Source of the DNA: Chiloscyllium plagiosum
Taxonomy: Eukaryota
Assembly (NCBI RefSeq): GCF_004010195.1
Contig: NC_057718.1
Location: 93,460,561-93,524,560, forward strand
Length of the DNA stretch: 64,000 nt
Direction: 5' to 3'
Positions 49,650 to 62,293 of this stretch are shown here, one piece after another. The number at the start of each line of letters is the position of its first letter. Within the stretch, counting starts at the first letter, position 1. The notes under the pieces were generated by a model, which saw only the letters and a program-made list of their open reading frames with translations, was not told the origin of the DNA and did no database searches. A program made the position numbers and the translations under genes.

Positions 49650-51215
49650 GATTTACATGTATTTGGAAAAGTAAGAACTGATTAGGGATAGTCAACACGG
49701 TGTTGTGCATGGGAAATCGTGTCTCACGTACTTGATTGAGTTTTTTGAAGAAGTAACAAAGAGGATTGATGAGGACAGAGTGGTGGTGATCCCTGTATGG
49801 ACTTCAGTAAGGCATTCAATGAGGTTCCACATAGTTGACTGTTTAGCAAGGTTAGATCACATGGAATACAGGAAGAACAAGCCATTTGGATACAGAACTG
49901 GTTCGAAGGTAGAAGACGCAGGATGATGGTAGACGTCTGTTTTTCAGACTGGAGGTCTGTGACCAACAGTGTGCCACGATGATTGAAGATAGAACATAGA
50001 GCATTATAGCGTAGTACAGGCACTTCAGCCCTCGATGTTGCGCGACCTGTGGAACCAATCTGAAGCCCATCAAACCTACACTATTCCATTATCATCCATA
50101 TGATAATCCAATGACTATTTAAATGCCCTTAAAGTTGGTGAGCCTACTACTGCTGCAGGCAGGATGTTCCACGCTCTTACTATTCTCTGAGTAAAGAAAC
50201 TACCTCTGACATCTTTCTTGTATTTATCACCCCTCAATTTAAAGCTATGTCCCTCATAGCTGGGTGCTGGGTCCACTGTTTATATAAATGACTTGGATGT
50301 GAACAAAGGAGTTATGGTTAATATGTTTGGAGATGACACCAAAATTGGAGGTGAAGTGGACAACGAAGAAGGTTACCTCAGATTAGAATGGGATCTTGAT
50401 CAGATGGGCCAAAGGGCCAAGGAGTGACAGATGGAGCTTAATTTAGATAAATGTGGTGTTGCATTTTGGAAAAGCAAATCAGAGCAGGACTTACACACTT
50501 AATGGTAAGTTCCTGGGGAGAGTTGCTGAACAAAGAGACCTTGGAGTGCAGGTTCATTGTTCCTTGAAAGTAGAGTCACAGATAAATAGGATAGTGAAGA
50601 AGGCGTTTGGCCATGATTGCCTTTATTGGTCAGTGAATTGATTTTGGAGTTGGGAAGCCATATTGTGGCTCTATAGGACATTGGAGGTTTGGAATACTAT
50701 GTGCAATTCTGGTCTCCCTGCTAATGGAAGGATGTTGAAAGGGTTCAGAAAAGATTTACGAGGATGATGCCAGGGTTGGAGTGTTTGAGCTACAGGGAGG
50801 GGCTGAATAAACTGGGGCTATTTTGTCTGGAGCTTTGGAGGCTGAGGGGTGATCACATAGAGATTTATAAAATCATGAGGGGCATGGATAGGGTAAATAG
50901 ACAATGTCTTTTTTTTCCCTTGGTGGGAAGTTAAAAACTAATGGGCATAAGTTTAAGGTGAGAGGGGAAAGATTTAAAAGGGACATGATGGGCAACATTT
51001 TCACACAGAGGGTGGTGCGTGTATGGATTGAGCTACCAGAAGAAGTGGTGGAGGCTGGTACAATTGTAACATTTAAAAGACACCTGGATGGAGAGATGAG
51101 TAGGAAGGGTTTAGAGGGATATGGGCTAAATGCTAGCAAATGGGACTAGATACATTTCGCGTATCTGGTTGGCATGGACAAGTTGGACCGAAAGGTCTGT
51201 TTCCATGACTCTCTG
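49650..51215 (+). mobile_element. Degraded CR1 RT/3' region with a nested minus-strand CR1 tail (~49988-50257)
   Basis: GKSCLTYLIEFFEEVTK, FGDDTK, VLHFGK and WIELPEE motifs. Confidence 0.9.
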
Positions 51216-51828
51216 ATTATGTAGGTACAAAATCTTCGTTACAGAAGTAGAAAAGTAAGGAAATAAGTTTGGCACTACAGTCTTCTTCGTATAAAAATGG
51301 AAAATAACAAAATAACGTGAAAAAGTCAAACATGACTGCCCTTTCTTAAGTCTTCCTTGCATGTGTTTATAAGAACACTGCTCATTATTATAAGTTCTAA
51401 TTAGCTCAATCTGTTCAAAACTTCATCCTAGGAACAGGTCAACTGTACCTGCTATCAGCAGCTTCTCCTTCTCATTTTGTTTCAAATGAGGAGACTAAAC
51501 TTCATATGGAACACCAGATGTAATCTTACGGAAGCCTTGTACATTCTATTGTGGTCTTCAGTGATATTAGAGGCTCCAGCAATTTGTCCAGGCAAAAGGT
51601 GCTGGGAAAGATGTTAGATTCAAAGATTGGAGCTACATTCTCTCAATGGCTACATAGTCACTGTGAGGCTCTGTGCAGTGACTTCTGATTTCGGGAGCTG
51701 CTACCAAACAGCAAAGAAAATGACTAGAGGGAACGTCAGATGATGGGACGCAGGGTGAGATCGCTTAGGAGGTAACAAGCAAGATGGATATAGATAGGAG
51801 AACCTGGAGATACAGTGTTTTTGGATTT

Positions 51829-53328
51829 CCATAAGACCATAAGACATATGAGTGGAAGTAAGGCCATTTGGCCCATCGAGTCCACTCTGCCATTCAATCA
51901 TGGCTGATGAGCATTTTAACTCCACTTACCCGCATTCTCCCCGTAGCCCTTACTCCCTTGTGACATCAAGAATTTATCAATCTCTGCCTTGAAGACATTT
52001 AGTGTCCCGGCCTCCACTGCACTCGCAGCAATGAATTCCACAGGCCCACCACTCTCTGGCTGAAGAAATGTCTCCGCATTTCTGTTCTGAATTTGCTCCC
52101 TCTAATTCTAAGACTGTGTCCATGGGTCCTAGTCTCCTCGCCTAACGGAAACAATTTCCTAGCGTCCACCCTTTCCAAGCCATGTATTATCTTGTAAGTT
52201 TCTATTAGATCTCCCCTTAATCTTCTAAACTCCAATGAATACAATCCCAGGATCCTCAGCCGTTCCTCGTATGTTAGATCTACCATTCCAGGGATCGTCC
52301 GTGTAAATCTCCGCTGGAAATGCTCCAGTGCCAGTATGTCCTTCCTGAGGTGTGGGGATCAAAACTGGACACAGTACTCTAAATGGGGCCTAACCAGAGC
52401 TTTATAAAGTCTCAGTAGCACAACGGTGCTTTTATATTCCAACCCTCTTGAAATAATTGACAACATTGCATTCGCTTTCTTAATCACGGACTCAACCTGC
52501 ATGTTTACCTTTAGAGAATCCTCAACCAGCACTCCCAGATCCCTCTGTACTTTGGCTTAACGAATTTTCTCACCGTTAAGAAAGTAGTCCATGTTTCTAT
52601 TCTTTTTTCCAAANNNNNNNNNNNNNNNNNNNNNNNNNNNNNNNNNNNNNNNNNNNNNNNNNNNNNNNNNNNNNNNNNNNNNNNNNNNNNNNNNNNNNNN
52701 NNNNNNNNNNNNNNNNNNNNNNNNNNNNNNNNNNNNNNNNNNNNNNNNNNNNNNNNNNNNNNNNNNNNNNNNNNNNNNNNNNNNNNNNNNNNNNNNNNNN
52801 NNNNNNNNNNNNNNNNNNNNNNNNNNNNNNNNNNNNNNNNNNNNNNNNNNNNNNNNNNNNNNNNNNNNNTCCAACAGGTTTGTCAGGCACGGCCTCCCCT
52901 TACTAAATCCATGTTGATTTGTTCTAATCTGACCCTGCTTTTCCAAGAATTTAGAAACCTCATCCTTAATGATGGATTCTAGAATTTTACCAACAACCGA
53001 GGTTAGGCTAATTGACCTATAATTTTCCATCTTTTGTCTTGATCCTTTCTTGAACAGGGGGGTTACAACAGCGGTCTTCCAATCATCCGGGACTTTCCCT
53101 GACTCCAGTGACTTTAGAAAGATCTCAACCAACGCCTCCGCTATTTCCTCAGCCACCTCCCTCAGAACTCTAGGATGTAGCCCACTGGGGCCGGGAGATT
53201 TGTCAATTTTAAGACCTTTTAGCTTTTCTAGCACTTTCTCTTTTGTAATGGCAACCATACTCAACTCAGCCCCCTGACTCCGTTTAAATGTTGGAATATT
53301 ACTCATGTCTTCCACTGTGAAGACTGAT
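51829..53328 (-). mobile_element. Young 5'-truncated CR1 spanning an assembly gap, inserted in an older CR1 relic
   Basis: KSPGPSGLHPRVL..NYRSISLTSVVGK..QHGF; flanks gatttcca(t/a)aagac on both sides. Confidence 0.93.
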
Positions 53329-54179
53329 GATTTCCAAAAGACATTTCATAATGTGCCGTATCATATTAGGAGCAGACACGTTAAGGGATAACCTATTGAC
53401 ATAGATAAATTGAGTTGCTTAGCTATTAATCTGTTGGTACCTTCCAGAGGCTCTGCTGATTTCTTCATTGTTGCTCTCAGTTTGATACTTTAACTGCCAT
53501 CAATGACGCATTTATATCTGAAAGTCTTTCCTTTTCTCTGAGATAATGTTTTGCTGACAGTTATTAATTATCTGTTATAAAGTCTGCAATTGAGTCTCTA
53601 TCTATTAACTTATTTTACCACTCTACTTCAGCTAGCCTGGTACCTTCATTACTCTGTAATTACCTTTATTCAATTATAAGAGTGAAGTTTGGGAAACCTC
53701 GGGATCACTATAACTTTGAGAAACTTATTTTGGATCATCTTTGGAAACTTTATCAGAACTGATTTTCTTTAAATGTTTCTTATGCCTCTCTCAAGGGATT
53801 ACCTGCCACTGGTGGGCCACGCAGTGCAGAGAGTCAAAATCCTGGGTTCTAATGTGAGTGTACAGGCTTGGTGGATATTGTCCTGATAATATTTTCTTGT
53901 ATGACAGTAACTCCTCTGGGTAGCCTTGTGCTGTGTGGCACATCTGCTGTACAGTCAAATCAGTGACAATTTGTTTCACAGTTTCATACAACACTTTCAA
54001 AGTAAGCACATTCTGCAAACACTTTGAAGGTGCTGTGCTACTCAACAATGGTGTGTAACAAAAAGCGCAGAATCACTGAGCCGCGAACTGTTTGGAATAT
54101 TAAAATTGTGTCAATAATCCCTACTGCACAATGCATTTGTCTTACTTTGCTCCTCTGATGATTTTCTAAAAAAATCCTT

Positions 54180-54517
54180 TAGAATTCCTATAATGTGGAA
54201 GGAAGCCAGCTGCCCCATTGAGTCTACATCGCCCCTCTGAAAAGCATCCCACCTGGACCCATCCCTGTAACCCTGCATTTCCTATGGCTAACCCACCTAA
54301 CCTGCACATCCCTGGACACTATGGGCAATTTAGCATGGCCATTCGACCTAACCTGCACATCTTTAGACTGTGGGAGGAAACCAGAGCACCCGGAGGAAAC
54401 CCATGCACTCACAGGGAGAACATGCAAACTCCATAATGACACACAGTTGCCCAAGGCTGGAACTGGATCCGAGTCCTTGATGCTGTGAGTCAGCAGTACT
54501 AACCACTGTGCTACCCC
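54180..54517 (-). mobile_element. HE1-type V-SINE
   Basis: Head, V-domain, tail. Confidence 0.88.
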
Positions 54518-54628
54518 TATAAAGGGTCCAATTCTCAGGAGGATGTGTGGAAGCACAGGGGTGGCCTGGAACTTTATATTGGGTGTAGGGGTGGTGGGAG
54601 CAGACTGCAATTGACTAAGATTTCATGA

Positions 54629-54738
54629 GTCAAGAGTGTGTTGCTGGAAAAACGCAGCAGGTCAGGCAGCATCCAAGAAACAGGAGAATCGACATGTCAG
54701 GCCGGAACCCTCCATCAGGATTCCAGCAACACCCTCTC
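54629..54738. mobile_element. Short inverted Penelope terminal-repeat insertion
   Basis: TSD gactaagatttca(t/c)ga (54613-54628, 54739-54754). Confidence 0.85.
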
Positions 54739-55579
54739 GACTAAGATTTCACGACTTCCAACCAGATGCCACCCATTTTGAATTTAACAAGAAGGAAGGG
54801 CTGCCGGGGTTAGAAATGCAGGTCCCTTTCTGGATCAACTTGAGAAGGCTGCAAGAAACTGATCTCATGGGTTCTTTTGAAAACAAGAAAAGAGAGTGGG
54901 GTTCTTCTTCCAACTCCATTTGCTTTAGCCCCTTCCTTTCTCCATCCTTCTCCCTCACTTTCGCTAGTCTGCTTTGACCTTTGCATGCAAATCAATCATC
55001 TGGAAGTTAAAAATCACACACCACCAGGTTATAGTCCAACAGGTTTAACTGGAAACACTAGCTTTTAGAGCGCCGCTCCTTCATCAGGTGAAAAACACTG
55101 ATTTATTATGGACGGCTAACAGACGAAAAATATCACGGGGTGATTTCGCAATGAGTAAAAACAAAACTTCAGTTGTATGTAACAACACCTCTGAATATAA
55201 TTTTTTAAAAACTGGAGCCTTCCCCCGATGAGGAGTTAGCTTCTGGAGAGCAATTGGGTCCAGGCAGGGCCAGGTAGGAACTGGTGTTGTTGATAAATGA
55301 TTTATTTACAAATAAACTCTTGTGAATCTCTGGAAATTCTTTGCTGCCAAATTCAACATCTGGATAATAGTCTATTAAACATTTATATAGTACCTTTCAC
55401 TGGCACAAGTTATGCCAAAGTACTGTAGAATCAATAAATCTTCTCAAAGCTCAATAAAAGACATTGGAAGCTTAATCACTATTCCAAAGTAGCAAAGTCG
55501 GTACCCAATTTGTACACAGAAAGCTCTCACAAACTGTAAAGCACAAATACCTGAATAATCTAAATTTTCTGATATTGAT

Positions 55580-55914
55580 TCATAGAATCCCTACAGTGTG
55601 GAAACAGGCCCTTCAGACCAACAAGTCCACACAGACCCTCCGAAGACTAACCCTCCCAGATCCATTCCCCTATCCTATATTACCCCTGACTAATGTACTT
55701 AACCTACACACCACTGAACACTGTGGGCAGTTTAGCATGACCCATTCACCTAATCTGCACATCTTTGGATTGTGGGAGGAAATCGGAGCACCTGGAGGAA
55801 GCCCATGCAGACACGAGGAGAATGTACAAACTCCACACAGTTGCCCGAGGCAGGGATTGAAGTTGGGACCCTGCCAACTTCAGGCAGTGTTAACCACTGA
55901 GCCACCATACTGCC
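55580..55914 (-). mobile_element. HE1 SINE nested in a Deu-domain SINE relic (~55375-55965)
   Basis: HE1 structure; flanks ccaatttgtacacagaaagctctcacaaac and gggataaatattggc. Confidence 0.8.
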
Positions 55915-55967
55915 TGAGGGATACATGCAAGGGATAAATATTGGCTAGCATACAAGAATAACTTACG

Positions 55968-57170
55968 AGAACATAAGAACATAAGAAATAGGATCAGGAG
56001 TGGGCCATCTGGCCCCTTGAGCCTGCTCTGTCATTCAATCAGATCATGACTGATCTTATCATGGACTCAGCTCCACTTACCCATCCTCTCACCATAACTC
56101 TTCATTCCTTTATGGTTCAAAAATCTATTTAACTTTGCTTTAAAAACATGCAATGCAGTAGCCTCCACTGCTTCTCTGGGCAGGGAATTCCACAGATTCA
56201 CAACCCTTTGGGTGAAGAAGTGCCTCCTCAACTCAGTCATAATTTTATATGTTTCTATAAGATCGCCACCCCCATTCTTCTAAATGCTAAAAAGTATAAT
56301 CCCAGTCTACTCAACCTCTCTTAATAATCTAACCCCTTCAACTCCAGAATCAACCTAGTGAACCTCCTCTGCATCCCCTCCAGTACCACTACATCCTTTC
56401 TCAAGTAAGGAGACCAAAACTGCACACAGTACTCCAGGTGCCTCACCAGCACCATGTACAGCTGCAACATAACCTCTCTCTTTTTAAACTCCAACCGTCT
56501 AGCAATAAAGGCCAATAATCCACTTGCCTTCTTAAATATCTTCTGTAGTTGTAAACCAACTTTTTGCAATTCATATGCAAAGGACACCCAGCTGTCTCTG
56601 CACAGCAGCATGCTGCAATCAGTCGCCATTTAAATAATAGTCCATTTTGTTGATATTCCTATCAAAACGGATGACCTCATAGTTACCACCATTGTACTCC
56701 ATCTGCCAGACCCTTGTCCACTTATTTAGCCTATTTATATCCCTCTGCAAAGTTACAGAGTCCTCTCACTCTTTGCTCTACCACCCATCTTAGCATCATT
56801 TGCAAACTTTGACACAGTACATTTAGTCCCCAATGCTAAATCATTGATATAAATTGTAAACAATTGCGGTTCCAATACTGATCCCTGAGGCACACTACTA
56901 GCCACTGATTGCTAACCAGAAAGCACTCATTTCTTCCCACTCTTTGCTTCATGTTAGTTAACCAATCCTCTATCTGTGCGAACAATAACCTATAACACCT
57001 TGCACCTTTATCTTATGCAGAAGCCTTTTGTGTGGCACCTTGTTGACTGCCTTCTGGAAATCCAGATACAACCACATCCACCAGTTTCCTGTTGTTCACC
57101 ACGCTCATAGAATTCCAGTAAACTTAGTTAAACATGACCCATCTTTCATGAATACACGCTGCCTGGTGGG
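55968..57170 (-). mobile_element. Degraded CR1 RT/3' fragment
   Basis: LAFIARRLEFK..HLEYCVQFWSPYLRKD. Confidence 0.9.
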
Positions 57171-57219
57171 ACAATTGCTCAACTCAATTTTTTTAAATAT
57201 TGGAACAATAGAAGCAACC

Positions 57220-57674
57220 TGAATGGGTGTGGTCTAGCTCCCACAGAACCAGGATTTTAGGCTTAGCTTTGAGCAGCTACGGGGTGGGGTCTTGAAGAGA
57301 TGGAAGCTATTTCTTCCCTCTTGGTTACAGCCAAAAGGTGGCGGTTCTCCTCCTGAGCTGTTGGAATTGCATGTGAGACAATCTGTTTTCTGAATGTGCC
57401 ATTTTGCTAAGGGGTGTGATTATGGCATGTTACTGCATTGGAACAGTTAATTATGAATAGTTACTGTATTTATTATTCTGTTAAGTTTTACAATAAGCAT
57501 TCCAATTCCTTCTTTGTTTTGCCATATTCTAACTAAGAATAAAGTGCTTTAAATCTGATAGTTTGACTAACTGAGTAGCATCCAGAATGCAATATCTTAC
57601 ATTTACCATTAAAGTCATAAAAATCTAGGGTCCAGGCAACCTTCTTTTGAGGGGGTTAGGTCTGGTCCATAACA
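57220..57674 (+). mobile_element. Probable 3' part of an LTR
   Basis: AATAAA and terminal ..ggtccataaCA; resembles shark Gypsy LTR ends as recalled, with no second copy here. Confidence 0.45.
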
Positions 57675-57679
57675 CAAGT

Positions 57680-58450
57680 TAAGTTTATAGCTTTAATGTA
57701 AAGTCCCAAAATGCTTCACAGGAGTACTACAACACCAAGCATGGCATGGGCAACATAAGATGATATTGGCCAAAACCCTTGTCAAAGAGGTGGGTACAAA
57801 AGTGTGTCTTAAAGAGGAAAGTGAGGTAGAGAGACAGAGAAGTGTAGGGAGGGAATTCTAAAACCTGGAGCCGAGGCAACTGAAAGAACAGCTACCAATG
57901 TAGGAACATTTAGAGGAGCTAATTTCAGCAGATGTTGGAATCTGCACTGGAAACAAAAAATGCTGAAGATAACAATGGGTCAGGCGACATCCACAGAGAG
58001 AGAACAAGCTAACGTTTTGAGTCTGGACTCAAAACATTAATGTGCTGTCTCTCCATGGATGCTGCCTGAACTGCTGTGATCGCCAGCATTTTTTGTTTTC
58101 AGTAAGAACATTTATAATCATATGGTCTTGAGTAGCCAGGATTAAAGGAGCATTTCACATGGTTGGAAGAGACTACAGTTAGATAGGGCAAGGCCATGGA
58201 GAATCACATCTTAGACTCCAGACAATGCTTAGCAAGGAATCAACATGTACAAACAGGTAATAAAAGAATGAGACTGGCTCTGAGTTCAGAAATGTGCAGG
58301 AAGATTTCGGTTATGGTGTGTAGCATTTGAAGCTCAAGCTAAGACTTCAATAAACAATGGTTTCAGCAGTAAATGAGCTGGAATAAGGATCTCTTTAGCG
58401 ATGATGCAGAGTGCAAATAGGTTCAGAAATAGTTTGGATTCTCATCTCAG
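57680..58450 (-). mobile_element. Old L2-like relic with a nested inverted PLE repeat (~57925-58105)
   Basis: gagggaattc..ggcaactgaa purine-rich pattern is shared with ~34270-34490 and ~43360-43550. Confidence 0.55.
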
Positions 58451-58825
58451 GACAACATAATTGAGTCCTGAGGAAGGGTCACTTGACCCAAAATGTTAAC
58501 TCTGATTTCTCTCCACTGACCTGCTGAGCTTTTCCAGCAATTTCTGTTTTAGTTTTTGATTTACAGCATGCGCAGTTCATGGTTTTTATAATTGTAAATA
58601 GCTAGGCTTAATTGCAGGCTGGTGTCAGGGAGAGGTAGCTGGGGGAAGGAGTCTGGAGCAAGGATTAAAAACAATGGCTTCAGTCCTCCTGATATTCCCA
58701 CAGGGTTGAACTCATGATGATATGACCAGCCAAAGATGTTTTTGCACATTTTAAGTCTTTGCTTTTTATATATACATATTTTAAAAAAGGTCCTGATGAG
58801 TTTACCACCTGGGCCATTAAAGAAT

Positions 58826-58990
58826 CTCGACATTTCGGAAAAGCCCTACATCAGGATGATGATTCCTGATGAAGGGCTTTTGCCCGAAACATCGATTCTC
58901 CTGCTCTTCGGATTCTGCCTGACCTGCTGTGCTTTTCCAGCGCCACACTCTTGACTCTGATCTCCAGCATCTGCAGTCCTCACTTTCACC
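58826..58990 (+). mobile_element. Penelope terminal repeat with a short 5' inversion and hammerhead motif (58862-58897)
   Basis: ctgatgaagggcttttgcccgaaac preceded by a degenerate inverted copy; flanks atta(a/c)agaatct. Confidence 0.85.
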
Positions 58991-60234
58991 AATTACAGAA
59001 TCTGCCAGGAGTAGAAGTCAGTGGGATTGTGACTGGGAAACAGCCATTTCCTCACACGGTGTTGATTCCCTTTAATAGAATACTCTCAGATTGGTTAGTT
59101 ATTTGCAATTAAAAACACTCCATGGAATTTATCACATGCATTGTTACAAGAAGAGTCACATAAGCTCAGAGCATATGTCCAGCACCAGAGAGAATGAAGT
59201 CGCTAAAACAGCAATGGACAGAACCGTTCTTTTGGAAAGGTATTTTATGTGTTGTTGTAAGTTACGATGCAATATTTGAACTGACATTTCACATTCTGTT
59301 TTAATGTAGAATGGGCCTGAATTATATTTAATGGCATTAGTAAGGACACAAAGACTCATGGAAATACCAAAGAAGCAGTTCTGCTCTTTATGAATTGACT
59401 GATTCATCTTCAGTTAATAAGTTTACGACAAACTTTGATGTTTTGAACTACACCACTCTTCATTTTACTTTATTCCTTTTGAATGTTCTCTTTCTGCAAT
59501 ACCGTATTTAATTTCAACCCAAACATCATTCTGCTCACACTGATTTTTTCTGACAATCTGCGGCTTTTCATACAGGAATTGTCCTCTTTAAACTTTACAA
59601 TATATTTCCATTCCTTCTCATTGCCTCTTCGAAATTTATTTCCTGGTTAAGGTTACAATTTCCAGGGCCAAAATGCCATCTATTCCACCTTTAGAACTTA
59701 GGAAATTGGAACTGGAGTGGGCCATTCTGCCCGTTGAACTTGCTCTGTCATTGAATGAAGTCATACTGTAACCCATAGTAGGCCATTCAGTCCATTGCGT
59801 TCATTCCGCCATTCAATGAGATCATGGCTGATCTGATGATCATCAACTCCATTTTCCTGCCTTTTCCCCATTACCCTTGACTCCCTTACTGATCAAAATG
59901 GTGACCATCTTGACCCTGAGTATACTTCAGTCCTCTGCATGAAGAATTCCACAGATTCACTACCCTCCAGGAGAAAGGATTCCTCCACATTTTTAATTTG
60001 TTGACCTAAACTCCACCTCTTGCAATCTTCAGAGCCCTTCATTCCTAAAAATCGATTGACGTCTATTTTTAAAATTCTCAACAGCTGAACATGCGCAGCT
60101 CTCTGTGCTACAGAATTCCAAATTTTCACAATCCTTTGAGGGAGAGAAATTCCTTCTCAACTTCAATCTAACATTGGCCCCCTCTGGGAAGAGTTGCCAG
60201 TATCAGTTGCTAATGCAATCCAGGATGTTCCTGG

Positions 60235-60471
60235 TAAAATAACTCCACAGAGGCCAGTATTCTGTCACCAAGTCACCCTTTATTTACAAATGGAGAGCCC
60301 TTGACACTGATCCAGCTCCCTCAGAACCAGATCCCAGAGTGAACAGAACCCCTGCCACTCCATGTTTATATCTGTCAGCCAGGGCTCCCTGATTGGACCA
60401 GATTAACAGGCCCAATCAGGGAACTCATATTCTATGAGGTCCACCTGGCTGAACTCATTCCAATCTCTACA
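60235..60471 (-). mobile_element. Solo LTR (Gypsy-like)
   Basis: Minus strand begins TGT, has TATA-like gatataaa and AATAAA; perfect 5-bp TSD cctgg. Confidence 0.85.
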
Positions 60472-60964
60472 CCTGGAGTAGTGTTGATGGAGGATAGTAG
60501 ACACTAAAATGATTTGATATGGTGCAGTCAGACCTGGCTAAATTAGATGTAATACACATTGAAGTCACACATCTCTTCAAAAAAATTACAACAAAGCTTG
60601 AGTTTATGTCAGATAAACACCCTATGGTTATCATTTACCAATACCTGTGTTGCATGAGCCATATAAGTACCATGACTGGAAAAGCAGCTCTAAGACAGGG
60701 AATTGTAAAGTGATTGTTATGTCCACTAGACATGGGACTCTCTAGTTTTTAAGATAAGATGCGATCTCTTTTTTGAAAAGAATATTGTTGCTCTTTAAGG
60801 TGCCTGGCACAGGTCACCAAATGTTTGGAACAGTGAGTTGGCTGAACTACTGAAAGTGGATTGCGAAAGAGATACCTGGGCAATATCCTTGTGAAATGGC
60901 ATAACTATCTCTGTCAGGACTTACCATGAATCAGCAAAGACAACCAATGTGTTTGACTGCTCCA

Positions 60965-61443
60965 CTTGAAAGGCTGCAGAAAAGATTTATAAGGATGTTG
61001 CCAGGGTTGGAGGATTTGAGCTATAGGGAGAGGCTGAATAGGCTGGAGCTGTTTTCTCTGGAGCTTCAGAGGCTGAGGGGTGACCTTATAGAGGTTTATA
61101 AAATCATGAGGAGCAGGGATAAGATGAATAGATGAGGTCGTTTTCCTAGGGTGGGGAGTCCAAAACTAGAGGCTATAGGTTTAAGGTGAGAGGGGAAAGA
61201 TTTAAGAAGGACTTGAGGGATAATGTTTTCATGCAGAGGGTGGTCTGTGCATGTAATGAGTCGCCACAGAAGAGGTAGAGTCTGGTACAATTAGAGATTT
61301 TATGAGGCATCTGGATGTGTATAGGAAGGATTTAGAGGGAAATGGATTAAATGTTGGCAAATAGGACTGGGTCAGTTTGTGACGTTTGGTCGATGTGGAT
61401 GAGTTGGACCGAAGGATCTGTTTCCGTGCTGCATGACTCCATG
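60965..61443 (+). mobile_element. CR1 3' fragment
   Basis: LERLQKRFIRMLPGLEDLSYRERLNRL..GDLIEVYKIM and tail. Confidence 0.9.
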
Positions 61444-62025
61444 TTTTACCAGGGTAACAAGGAAGAATTAACAAAACTGGTGATGTGCAAGGTCCTGTGC
61501 CTCCTTCTGTTGTATGCGAATGGTTCTGACCATGGAAGATGAAAACTATATTGCTAATACAAACAGACCGCTGAATGCTTTCCATTGGCAATAAAGCACA
61601 GGAGCTAGTGGTGATATTTGATGACAGGAATGATCCTGGAATAGTAAGCTAATTTAGCAGATGAATGTAGGATCTGGTTGTGGGTAAAGTGCTCCAGCCA
61701 GATCTGGATAACCAGCTTCTGATCATCTCCTTTGAATTCTGCATCCCTTGGTTTGAAAGAACTGGGATAAAGGCTGTACCAGGGGAACTGGCTAGGCTGG
61801 CAGATGGGAATGGAAAGAAGCTGGTTTTTTGTTTACAGACGGATCACTAACATAGGCTACATCGTTAGACCAAAATGGTAGAATACCGAGCTTCGAAAAT
61901 GTGAACATTTGAATTAGGAGCAGGAACAGACCATTCAGTCCCTCAGACCTGCTCCACTGTTCAATAATATCATGGTTAATCAGATAACTCTACATCTTGC
62001 CTACCCTTGATAAACTCCCACCCTC

Positions 62026-62293
62026 ATAGAATCCCTACAGCATGGAAGCAGGCCATTCAGCCCCACCAACTGACCAAAGAGCATCCCACCCAGACCCACC
62101 CCTCTATCCTAGCCTGCATATCATGGGCCAATTTTGCATGGTCAATCCACATAAGCTGCATATCTTTGGGAGGAGACCCACACAGGGGAGAATGCACAAA
62201 CTCCATGTCAGCATTCGCCCAAAGGTGGAATCGAACCTGGATCCCTGGTGCTGTGAGGCAGCGGTGTTAAACCACTGAGCCACCTTACCGCCC
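62026..62293 (-). mobile_element. HE1-type V-SINE (degraded)
   Basis: Head and tail recognisable. Confidence 0.85.
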
